Below, one piece after another: positions 42,479 through 54,776 of a stretch of 64,000 bases of DNA. The stretch's first letter is position 1, and each line of letters opens with the position of its first letter. This DNA is from Octopus vulgaris (taxonomy: Eukaryota): the NCBI GenBank assembly GCA_951406725.2, contig OX597816.1, positions 171,120,001 through 171,184,000 on the forward strand, read 5' to 3'. Both the position numbers and the translations under genes were made by a program. The notes under the pieces were generated by a model that did no database searches, was not told the origin of the DNA, and worked only from the letters and a program-made list of their open reading frames with translations.

Positions 42479-42780
42479 TGGATGCACAATGGACCAGTGG
42501 TTAAGGCAAGCGGACTCGCGGTCGGAGGATTGCGGTTTCGATTCGCAGACCGGGCGTTGTGTGTGTTTATTGAGCGAAAATACCTAAAAGCTCCACGAGG
42601 CTCCGGCAGGTGGTGGTTCTCTTGTTGTACTCTTTCGCCCCAACTTTCTCTCACTCTCTCTTCCTGTTTCTTCAGTAACGCTGCGATGGACTGACGTCCC
42701 GTCCAGCTGGGGGGAACACATACGCCACAGAAACCGGGAAACCGGGCCCATGAGCCTGGCTAGGCTTGAAAAGGGCGACG
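42479..42780 (+). mobile_element. diverged SINE family C variant
   Basis: Head matches family C; 3' end is distinct. Confidence 0.75.
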
Positions 42781-42932
42781 CTTATCGTTACATTTTATGT
42801 TACTATGATCGGTTTGAAAATTTCTCGTTTGAAAGTTTCGTTGAATTTCGTGAGATATAATATCCTATGTATAGATAGATTCGTCTGTGTACATACGCAC
42901 ACATAAATGTTCACTATGAGCGTACAGAAATA

Positions 42933-43121
42933 GGGTGGCGAGCTGGCAGAAACGTTAGCTTAGCAGTATTTCGTCTGCCGTTACGTTCTGAGTTCAAATT
43001 CCGCCGAGGTCGACTTTGCCTACCAGTTACGCACTGGGGCCAATGTAATCGCCTTAATCCCTTTGTCTGTCCTTGTTTGTCCCCTCTATGTTTAGCCCCT
43101 TGTGGGCAATAAAGAAATAAG
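42933..43121 (+). mobile_element. SINE family A with internal deletions
   Basis: Family A sequence; tacagaaat repeated on both flanks. Confidence 0.8.
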
Positions 43122-45495
43122 TATACAGAAATTTTTGGATGTATATGCATGTGTGTGTGTGTGTGTGATGACATGTATTGCGTGTTTACATATCTGTTTG
43201 AAAGTATGTGTGTGAGAGAGCTTAAATATATGCACGTGGATATCTACATAACTGAAGCTGAGTGTTCATTCGATTTTAGTCTACTCGATCTTTGATTCAG
43301 CGGTTTATGGTATCCAAATGGAAGCAATATATCTGATTGCAAATATAAACTGTAGAAGCAGAAATCTAATCTACTGCACTAATGTTGACATATAAGATTT
43401 ATATATTGATCAGACAGGAAACTCATTATCGGAACTACGTGAATACACCTGCAACAAATTAGGGCCATTGATGTCCATTTGATCCCAATAAGCAATAATC
43501 TAAAAACATGCGGCAATAAAATGGTTTTAATAATTCCATTTTAAAAACTGTACTGCTCAATTATTGAGAGGCTTAAACCCGTTCTGAGTAGGCGATAACA
43601 CGAATTTAATATTGATTTGAATTTAATTTTATTCAAAAACTATAGTTGTATTGACAATGATATTAATTTGAATTTAATTTCATTTAGAAATATTTAATGC
43701 GGGACCAGTGTTTGTTGTATTGTATGTTTTTTGACATTCGACTGTAGCCGAATCTTCTATCGGAGACACTGATTGCTTAAAATATTTATATGAATAATCA
43801 CTGTTGATGTCAACTACGTTACCATATTACTCAAATTGTGGCGTCAAAGTCACACTCTGGTTGTCTAAAATAACTTTCGTAAGCATCAACCTACTGGAGC
43901 CTATTGGATGATATTTAGATGGAAAATTTTACTATTTCGCTACAATTGTCAATTGCAAAATGCATTAGTTGATCGTTAACGCGACCGCATAAACATTTAT
44001 CCAGATTGTTATAAAACATGACAGTACTTGTAAAATTATGAAAATGCAAAAATAAAATGTGAAGATCAGACTATGTTAGAATTACATTGACTGTTAAGTA
44101 AACACGACAAACCCCAAAAATAAACTGCAAAAGTAAAGACGTTTTTAACCATATGAAACGTATAGAGGGACAATGTAAAAACACCACTCAACCTACATAT
44201 GAGCTGCACCACTTACCCTACAGGAACGAATCGCAGAACGCTATAGAAGACACAATGAAATGGTAAAGAACATAACTGTACTGCATCGGCATGCCAAACA
44301 GAAACACAAAAGCTAAAACCAATGCTGAAGTAAAATTTCTAAAACTGCGAGATAATTCTTTGTCTTTTCTCTCTCATATACTTCATGACGCTACTTCCTA
44401 CAGACATTTCAGTAAAAACATTTCTTCAAATCCTAAGTTTAATCCAGCGTCGACCAAATTCTGTTGATTGGGTGTTTTGAAGAAACGGGAAGTTGAAGAA
44501 GAAAAGTGGTTTTAATTTTCCTTTCGTCAATTGTACCAAGTATAAACTTGTCCCACTTTCTTTCAACCAATGTATTCGTTCGTTGTGCACAATGTTGTTT
44601 TTTTAAATGAGGCAAAAACGATCATTGGAGTTAGCTGCAGTACATGACAAGGACTATAACATAAAACTTGTTACATATTTCTGATAGTTAATTCCTCTGC
44701 TGAGATCCTTCTTCCAAGAAATCTAATGCTCATAGCTTAGTTTTTCCTTGGGGCTGTTCGTGTTTCATCATAAATTCTAACAGTGTCTGTTTACTTGCTG
44801 TTATTGTAATTGTTTTCTTTGAACAAGTGTTATTAGGCGAATAACGGATACAAAGAGAAATTATGAGAAAAATCACACAAATTGACGATCAAATATGTAG
44901 ATATTATTTAGCAACTAGTGTATGAAGTAGAAAAAGAATCAATGAAAATATATCCATGTAACCAGAACTGAAGCAAACTTCTGAATCGAACTAAAATGAG
45001 AAATATTAGAACTCCAACTTGAATATGTCTTCATAAATATGTAATTTTTATGGTTTCTTTTGAAAGTTCCAATGCTGCTTGTCATATCTTTTCAATCAAA
45101 TTGAACAATGACTGACTTTTACTGTGATGTCTATTTCTTATCTCCGCCTTTCATTTCTTTGTCACTTTCTTTAAAAATACGCACGTGAAATTTCATGTCT
45201 ATGTTGTTGAATTAAGTTTCTGTTGTTGTTGATTTCTTTTGTTGTTAATGGCGTTGTTAATGTTTGAGCTGCTAAATTTGGGACAGTGTGATTATATTAG
45301 ATCGTTTACGATATTTTTGTCATTTATTGATATTGCTTAAAATATGAAGGTACAATTTGACAGCAATTCCTGTGGATCGAGCCACCATACTCATTTTAAG
45401 TATTTCTTAATTATTCTTACACTGTAACTTGACTGAATATAAATAGCATACAAATTTCCTTCAAATTACGCCGAAGCAACTTCAACTAGGAAAAG

Positions 45496-46640
45496 TTACC
45501 ACCCCACCACCCTACCTCTCCAATGCACCATTCTCCGAGCCTTCCGGCGACTCCAGTCCGACCCCTCCACCTCCCACAGCTTCCCTAACCGACCCCTCTC
45601 CTCCTTCAAACGAACCCACAACCTACGAGACCTCTTGGTCCAGAGCTTCTTCCTTGACCCAACCTCCCAACCCGGCTCGTTCCCCTGCTCCCGCCGCGCA
45701 CGCTGCCGCACTTGCCATTACCTCTCCAACACCACCCTCCTCACAGGCACCCATCATCGACCCTGTCATATCACTGACTCTTTCACTTCTAGCAACGTCA
45801 TCTACTGCATCTCCTACTCTCTCTGCCCTTCTCTATACACCGGTCAAATGGGACGCCACTTGGCTGATGGGTTCGCGGAACACCTCCGAGACATCCGACT
45901 CGGCAACGACACCCCGGTCTCGCGCCATTTCCACTCTACCGGTCACTCTTTACAACACCTGTCTGTGTTCGGATTGTCCTTGCATGAGGGCCATCCGGAC
46001 TCCCGTCTCCGCTGTGAGCAAGGATCAATCTTCTCTTTTCGCTCCTTTGCGCCACATGGGCTCAACTCTCCTCCCCTCGTCATCTAACCCTCCTCCTCTC
46101 TTCATTTCACACCTACTCCCTCCCACCCCTTTCCTCTCTTGCTCTGGCACCTACTTCCTCTCTTCACTCCTACCCACCTTCTCCCTTCATCGTCACCCCT
46201 CCCTCGTAACCCCACTCCTATACATTCCAACTCCATCATCCTTATGCAACTCATAGACCCCACCCTTGCTTCCCCCACACCATACCAGCGCACACACTAG
46301 CACTGACCACTTCCCAATACCTTCCCAACACCATCATCCATACACCTACACATACACAAACGCACACGTCAATGTCACCAGCCCTCTTTCACACACACAC
46401 GCACGCGCACCTTCGTTTTGGGATCCCCACTACGTTATTATCTCTCCTGTGTGACCCCTCTGTCCGGCATTCGCCATGATAGATCGCTAGCCACTATACC
46501 TTTTTCTATTTTCTCTCCCTGTTTATTTCTGTGGGAGAGCGTAGGCCCGAAACATAAAAGACTTTCTCACTTCCCGAGCGTTAAAGTAATATATCCGTTT
46601 GTTGTTTGCACACCAGTCTTCGTCTTTTTGTAAATTCCCA

Positions 46641-46645
<5 letters not shown>
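45496..46645 (+). mobile_element. Penelope-like element 3' fragment: GIY-YIG endonuclease + terminal repeat
   Basis: PGSFPCSRRARCRTC...SSNVIYCISYSLCPSLYTGQMGR...FAEH...PVSRHF...APHGLN. Tail at 46500-46645 has a degenerate HHR-like gagcgtaggcccgaaac and ends in (TATC)n. Confidence 0.85.
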
Positions 46646-46676
<31 letters not shown>

Positions 46677-46701
46677 ATATATATATATATAGCATTATTG
46701 T

Positions 46702-46747
<46 letters not shown>

Positions 46748-46997
46748 TCATTATTAAGGCAGCGAAGAGAAGAGTTGTCTATAAATGCTTATCAATATAG
46801 GACTTCATTATAGGGACAGCACTTCTGTGAAACGATTGTAAGATGCTTTAAATAATTAATTCAAAACTTTTAAACTGTCATATACATTATATATTTATAC
46901 TTGTACATATTTACATGTATTTATATTTTTAATACAATAATTATTTTACACACATATATCTTTCTGAAGAACTTTTTTAATACTGATTTCCTGATAT

Positions 46998-47051
<54 letters not shown>

Positions 47052-47054
47052 GTG

Positions 47055-47172
<118 letters not shown>

Positions 47173-47224
47173 GTATATATATATATGTGTGTATATATAT
47201 ATATATTATAATATGTGTTGTGTG

Positions 47225-47473
<249 letters not shown>

Positions 47474-47483
47474 ATATATATAT

Positions 47484-48455
47484 TACTCTTTTACTTGTTT
47501 CAGCCATCCGGCTGAGGCTATGCTGGGGCACTGCCCTTGTTGCTACCCTCTCTAAGTCCAGTTTGCCGTGGCTGGCCACTGATCTAAGAGAGAGTTTGTA
47601 GCTGCTGCCCTTAGGTTACCTTCGTACCTTGCAGTGGGTTCATCTGGGATCCCGGAAAGCAGCTTGTCTAGATGTTTTTTGAAAATGTCCACATCCGCAT
47701 CATGTAGATCTCTTAGTTTTCTTGGCAGTTTGTTGAACAGCTGAGGGCCCCTGAACCCCAGGCTATTACAGTATCTACTCCTTACCCTGGATGTGGAAGA
47801 CGGGACCTTTGGCACCACACAGTGATGTCCTGTACGGGGATTGGAACAGCTCTCAATTCCAAAATTTGGTGCTAGTCCCTCCAGGATTTTCCATATGTAT
47901 ATCACTGCATATCTCTCTCGTCTTCATTCCAAGGAGTACAAATTGAGTTCCCTAAGCCTCTCCCAATAGTTCTTTTCTTTCATGGTGGAAATCCTCTTGG
48001 TGAAATGTCTTTGGATCGTCTCAAGCTCTGTGGTTAGTTTGACACTATGCGGTGACCACAGTTGGGAGCAGTAGTCCAGGCGGCTTAGGACAAAAGTCCT
48101 CCATAGTGTCAACATGGTCTCGCAGTCTCTTGTCCGGAATGTCCTCAGGATCCAGCCAGTGAGTCGTCTGCACATAGTCGCCACCTTCGCGATGTGTGAA
48201 GAAAAGGATGCATCGTCACTCATGTCTATCCCCAGGTCCCGTATTGATTTCGATACTGGGATTTCGATCCCTCCTGGACCAGTATAGTTGTGTTGTAATG
48301 TATATGTGTTTACAGCTTGATATTGTAAGGCTTGAAATTTACCAGCATTAAATTGCATGTTGTTGTCTTCAGCCCATTTGTATATGGCATCCAGATCTTG
48401 TTGTAAAAGGTCAGCATCAGCTGGGTTTTTGATTGCCTGTGCTACCTTTGTAGCA
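47484..48455 (-). mobile_element. 5'-truncated CR1-group LINE with intact 3' end
   Basis: [45 protein letters not shown] (single in-frame stop at 47924). ORF resumes in frame to 47552; tail AGTAAAAGAGTAA. Confidence 0.9.
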
Positions 48456-48858
48456 TATATATGTATGTATATATATATATAAATATACATAGATGTATAT
48501 GCATATATATACACATATATGTAGATATGTATATATATATGTATGTATATATGTATATTTACATACATATAGATACGTATATATACATATATATATATAT
48601 ATACTTACACATACACATACATACATGCACAAATATATATATGTATGCATATATGTGTATAAATATATATATGTGTATGTATGTGTATGTATATATATGC
48701 ATATACATGCATATATATATGTAGATACATAAATATATATACATATATATTTATATATACATACATATACAAATATATATACATACATATATACATACAT
48801 ACATAAATATATATTTATATATACACAAATATATGTACACACATATATATGTAAATAC

Positions 48859-49185
48859 TGCTTAGTGCATTAACTCTGATATTTTTCTTGATCAGTCGAT
48901 CTACTAGCGCAAGTCAGTCAATGTGTTGGCTGAATTATATATAAAGCTCTAAGCTTTGTCAGTTCGTACAGGGTTGCCTCTCTCAGCTACATCTGATCGA
49001 CAAGGGTCAATAAACTCGAAACATCGATGTCTCAGATCCCTGTAAGAGGGCAACACTGAACAAATGGGAACTTTTCAAAACTTTTTACAGTAAGAGATTT
49101 TTTTCTCCACAGTAACTGCAGTGTATTTGCCTTCGACTAACCTAAATTCTGATTATACATAAACATTGCTTAGTGCATTTACTCT
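48859..49185 (+). mobile_element. terminally redundant 308-bp HHR-bearing unit (retrozyme/pLTR-like) within TA-rich microsatellite
   Basis: Direct repeat tgcttagtgcattWactct at 48859 and 49167, with a central HHR. Confidence 0.7.
48991..49037 (+). ncRNA. type I minimal hammerhead ribozyme, variant core (U3, C4, A8)
   Basis: aucuga UCGACAA gggu-caauaa-acuc GAAA caucgaug UC ucagau: perfect stem I and 10-nt palindromic stem III. Confidence 0.7.
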
Positions 49186-49217
49186 CATACGTATATATAT
49201 ATATATATATATATATA

Positions 49218-49730
49218 CTAGCAGTATCGCCCGGCGTTGCTCGGGTTTGTAAGGGAAATAACTATATAAGCATTTTTAGAGAGTTACTTCCCTTATAGAT
49301 GCCAATTCGGGCTTTCTTAGCCATTTCTGTTTTGGTGTCTTCAAGCCATGAAGTCGTTGTTCTAAAAGAACGCTGGTCTCCTTGACAACGCTTTACGACG
49401 TTGATTTCCTTACACTCCCTTCCCCACAGCTTCACGAGGGAGGGAAGAAGGGGGAGAAGCAAACAGGTGCAGGTGTGACCATGGACGCCAACTCCGCCAC
49501 CATTGACACACGAAAAATTATGCATTAAAATGGAATAAAAAATTATGTTAAATTATTTTTAAAATCGTAGACTCATTGTAGACGCGCGCTAATACTCAGA
49601 CGGGCTCGATATGAATCATGACTACAAGATACCCGAATTTGGTTAAACTGCACCGCAAAATGTGGGAGTAGTTAGGAATCTAAATCGAAGGGGACAGACA
49701 CTCACACAACTACAGTTTTATATATATAGA
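49218..49730 (-). mobile_element. non-autonomous Helitron
   Basis: Minus strand A|TCTATATATATAAAA ... cccgagcaacgccggg ... CTAG|T; same family as 13795-14190. Confidence 0.88.
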
Positions 49731-49744
49731 TATATATATATACA

Positions 49745-50200
49745 TGGCACCTGTGCAGGTGGCACGTAAAAAGCACCCACTACACTCATGGAGTGGTTGG
49801 CGTTAGGAAGGGCATCCAGCTGTAGAAACACTGCCAGATCAGACTGGAGCCTGGTGCAGCCTTCTGGCTTTCCAGATCCCTGGTCAAACCATCCAACCCA
49901 TGCTAGCATGGAGAACGGACGTTAAACGATGATGATGATAATATATACTTATATATATATAAAAGCACCAACTGATCGTGGCCATTTGCCAGCCTGCTCT
50001 GGCTCCTGTGCCTGTGGCACGTAAAAAACACCCACTACACTCACAGAGTGGTTGGCGTTAAGAAGGGCATCCAGCTGTAGAAACACTGCCAGATCGCACT
50101 AGAGCCTGGTGCAGCCTCCATGGCTTACCAGACCCCGGTTGAACCGTCCAACTCATGCTAGCATGGAAAACGGACGTTAAATGATGATGATGATGACGAT
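49745..50200 (+). mobile_element. two tandem copies of SINE family D 3' part, (GAT)n tail
   Basis: ggcacgtaaaaagcacccactacac...gttaaacgatgatgat; also at 59560, ~63480 and 63817. Confidence 0.85.
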
Positions 50201-51349
50201 ATATATATATTTGTATGCGTATCTACATGTGTTTTACTGTTGCATGTAAGTATCTATGTAGATATGTATGTCCTACTATATGTGTGCATTTGCAAGCTTG
50301 CTGAAGTGTCTAACAATTGTTAGATACTTTTTAGGAATGCCAGCTTCAAAATCTTTTCACTCTCTATTTTTCTCTTCCTCTTTCTTTCTCCTACCACTTA
50401 CTCTCTGATTTTCTTTTTTTCTTATTTCTGTAGCTTATAACAACTAAGTATATTATGTGCATATTCAAAGCAATGAATAGCTTATGACGAAATCATGGTA
50501 TGCTTTGCTTTCTGACTTTTTAATCATCTCATAATAATGACATTTATTACTACCTCAGTTCTTCTAATTGTATATATCTGTCCTTACCTTTCATAAAAAG
50601 CCTTTTCTTTTTTATTAACAATGTGCATTTTCGTTGATTTTTTCTTATTTTCCCCTTACATTTTCACGTGTATTTTATATTTTCTTTTTGTAATATATTT
50701 CTACTATATATATATATGTATGTATGTATGTCGATACCTACATATGCATTTGTATATATTTGTTTTGCCTGTATTTGTTTGTATAACTATGCAGGCATGT
50801 ACCAGCGTTTGCATTTTAGTGTATATATAGATTTGTTTTTGGCATGTGTATGTATTACTAAATGTATATGTATTTTATAATGTTATTTCTTTGTAAATGT
50901 TTTTATCTTAAATGGACATATCTTTTTAATTTAAATTTATTCTTACCATTAATTAATTTATCCTGGATATACACATTTTCTACCTTCTACTAAAGGTAAT
51001 TTTTGAATGAAGGTTTTGTTTGATTTTTATAAGATTTTAAACCGCAATTGAAATTTAATATCACCTGCTATTGAAAAAAACCGTTATTTGAAAGGGCCAA
51101 TGAAACAAAACCATTTTCAAATGTGTATCTATCAACATAATTGTATATATATATATATACATATATATACACATAACTATATTTTGTGCCATTCTCAACC
51201 AAAAGTGTAACTCTGAGTAACAGTTTTTGCGATGTCTTTGCAGCTTTATTAATAAAGCATATTACTATACCTCCAGTATTCGAATACTATTCTTTCCACC
51301 TTGTTTCACATTTATGTGATTACTGTGGGGTGTGTGTATATATTTATAT

Positions 51350-51809
<460 letters not shown>

Positions 51810-51810
<1 letters not shown>

Positions 51811-52078
51811 TCACGTGATCACATGACCGAATAGACCATCGGATGTTGCTACACATTGCTGGTCAAAATACATTTGCATTGTTTTAGCCTTCGAATGATG
51901 CCACCCCGCAGAAGAAAGAGCGGTGAAAGAGTACAGCAGGGATCACCACCCCCTACCGAAGCCTCGTGAAGCTTTTAGGTGTTTTCGCTCAATAAACACA
52001 ACGCCCGGTCTGGTAATCGAAACCGCGATCCTCCGACCGCGAGTCCGCTGCCCTAACAACTGGGCCATTGCGCCTCCA
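51810..52078 (-). mobile_element. SINE family C variant
   Basis: Reverse complement of the family C head and of the 35314-type tail. Confidence 0.82.
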
Positions 52079-53604
52079 CACACATACTTAAGTTAGGCAG
52101 CAGTTTAGGAAAACTATAATTGTCATTAAATTATATGTATACATGTCATATTTACAGCTGTTTACTGTCGCTGTCAGTATGTTAGTATACAATTAAGTGC
52201 ATTGACTACAGTATCAGAGCATTTTAGCTCTTATTTCTAGCATTGTAGGTGTTCCAACATCCTCAGTCATATTTAATGACAATTTTAGTTTTTCTTTTTG
52301 GCAATACATTGCTAAACCACTGGCTACTTTAATTATTTCTATACACATTAGCAGTTCACTAAATCCTCCTTAGATTTCTATGGTATAGACATGTATCCTG
52401 GAACTGATCTTGTCTGTAACCTGGCAAGCTGTGCCAATCCTACTGATGTTAAAGCCAAACCTGCCTGACAGTGTAGGTATATCTCGACTGCCCCTTTCAG
52501 CCATTTATGAGTGCTGTCAGTATGTATGTATACAATTATGTGCATCGACTGCAGCATCAGAGCATTTTAGCTCTTATTTCTAGCATTGTAGGTGTTGTAA
52601 CACCCTCAGTCATATATATATATATATATATATATATCAAGATTAATCAGCCGAAATTGCGAGGATGATCCGGTTCTTGACTGAAGATTGAAGGCTTTGA
52701 ATGTCCCGTGCATGTTTTTTGTATCATCTCCTAAATGTTTTGCATTCTTGTCCCAGTTTGTATTTTTATACATATATATATATATATCACGCGATCAACC
52801 AGACCATCAGATGTTGCTACACATCACTGGTCACAATGCTTTCGCATTGATTTAGCCTTCGAACGATACCATCCAGCTGGCTAAGCGAGCAGATGGATGG
52901 ATGGATGGATGGATGGATGGATGGATGGATGGATGGATGGATGGATGGATGGATGGATGGATGGATGGATGGATGGATGGATGGATGGATGGATGCATGC
53001 ATGCATGCATGCATGCATGCATGCATGCATGACATCAACAAGTAAAAACTTGCAGGCTTTGTATAACTGAGAGTGCACACAACCTCATTAAATTGAAAAC
53101 TGCACCAACCTTCTAAACTTGACATCAGAAAGTTTTTAGGTGTATACATCCTCACATTATTATTAATATTATTTTGGTTGGTAAAGAGTAAAGGCTATAA
53201 ATTTCCTTAAATTTCTGGTCTAACCTCTGAATTAATAATAAAAATAGAGTATTTAAAAATACCAAAACAAATATAGTCACCAGTCATACCAAGCTGGACA
53301 AAAGATTTAGATTTAAAAATAGCAAATTTTTTTTTTTTTTTCAAGTTTGTCAGCAGGGATACATTCAAAACATTCACACAGCAGCCCCCTCTCTTTATCA
53401 TTCCCAACAGATGAATTAATTACAAATGATATCAGAATGTTAACATTTGGGTTTTACAAAGTACTTAATGTTTTCAAAAATGCAAAATTTATTGAGAACA
53501 TTTTGCAATATTTTGTAGCAGTATTTGATATCAGTTAAACAGTGAAATATATAATAAAAAGATTTGAAAGGGAAAAAAACTTGACTTCATTTCTGTAAGA
53601 CATG

Positions 53605-53610
53605 TTTATT
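53605..53610 (-). terminator. candidate polyadenylation signal of the beta-PIX-like gene
   Basis: AATAAA on the minus strand ~1 kb after the stop codon, followed by a U-rich tract. AT-rich context makes this uncertain. Confidence 0.35.
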
Positions 53611-54650
53611 AAAAATTTAGACAAAAACTATTTGTCATCTGAAAATATAAAAATTTTACAATTGTCAGCAAAGGGGGTGGAAGCATTTCCTTTTTTATAA
53701 TATTTAATTCAAACCTATCATAAGTTATCTGAATATTTCTGCAAAATGTCAACTAAAATATGTTTGAGTAAACAACAATATACAAACTACATGAAATAAA
53801 TATTTAATTACATTCCAGTCCCTGGTGAAAATGATTAAATTATATTTCTTTCATTAAATGAGGTTTTCTATTATGTAAAAAATCCATGGAAAAATCTTTA
53901 ATTATTTTTATTTGCTTTGTACTTTTAATGAATAATTGCTTAAATGTGATTTAAAAATGTACAAATTTTCATTCACAATAACCAATTACACAATGCATCT
54001 CTGGTTGGAAATCTTACAAATGTAGTTGACCTTCCTTAATTGTTTGGCCGTTACAATGTACTATTTGTTATCAACAGACACTTTTTTACAGAAAGAATAC
54101 GAGTTCCGAAGGTTTAGTTTTCTCAGATTACATAGTTTTTAATACTGGCAGTGGTGCCAGTGTAACAGTTATTGGGTCAAACATTTTAAAAGAAAAATAT
54201 TGCTAAGAGATATTTATTTAGATTTCAAGATATAAAAAAAAAAATAGGAAAAAATTCCAAATAAATTCATGGAATATTTATGAAAGTAAAGAATGATTTT
54301 GTTCAACAGCAATGTTTTTGAAGACACTGCTGCCATGTGAATTCATTCTTCAGTTTCATCGATGCACCAAGCACATAATACTTGCATACACATGTATGTA
54401 CACAATGAAAAATATATGCATGTGTATGTGCATGTACACACAGATGCACTGGTGTCTTTGCGTAGGCGTGTGTGTGTGTGTGTGTTGGCTGTGGTTAAAT
54501 GCAGACATTAATCTGAAAAAAAATCTTAGCAAGGAACATTAACATCATGACACTGATAAGTGAAACTAAAAGGAACAGCCATAAGGAGCAGGCACAGTCA
54601 TTCCAAGTAGAGAGGCAACAGATAATTAGGTTGCATGTAGTCAAACGAAA

Positions 54651-54776
54651 CTACGTCATATTCTCTTCCCAGGTGGTTGTATGACCAGCGTTCTTCAAAG
54701 TGACAGGTAAAATGCTTTCAAGTTTCTTTCTTGCTTTTACTTCTTCATCCAAATCTTTGCGAAGTTTTTTCTGTTC
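54651..54776 (-). CDS. ARHGEF7: beta-PIX/ARHGEF7-like RhoGEF, last coding exon
   Basis: After an AG acceptor: EQKKLRKDLDEEVKARKKLESILPVTLKNAGHTTTWEENMT*. Resembles the beta-PIX C-terminal coiled coil (LEEEQRARKDLE...WDETNL). Confidence 0.85.
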   Translation of the reverse strand, partial: EQKKLRKDLDEEVKARKKLESILPVTLKNAGHTTTWEENMT

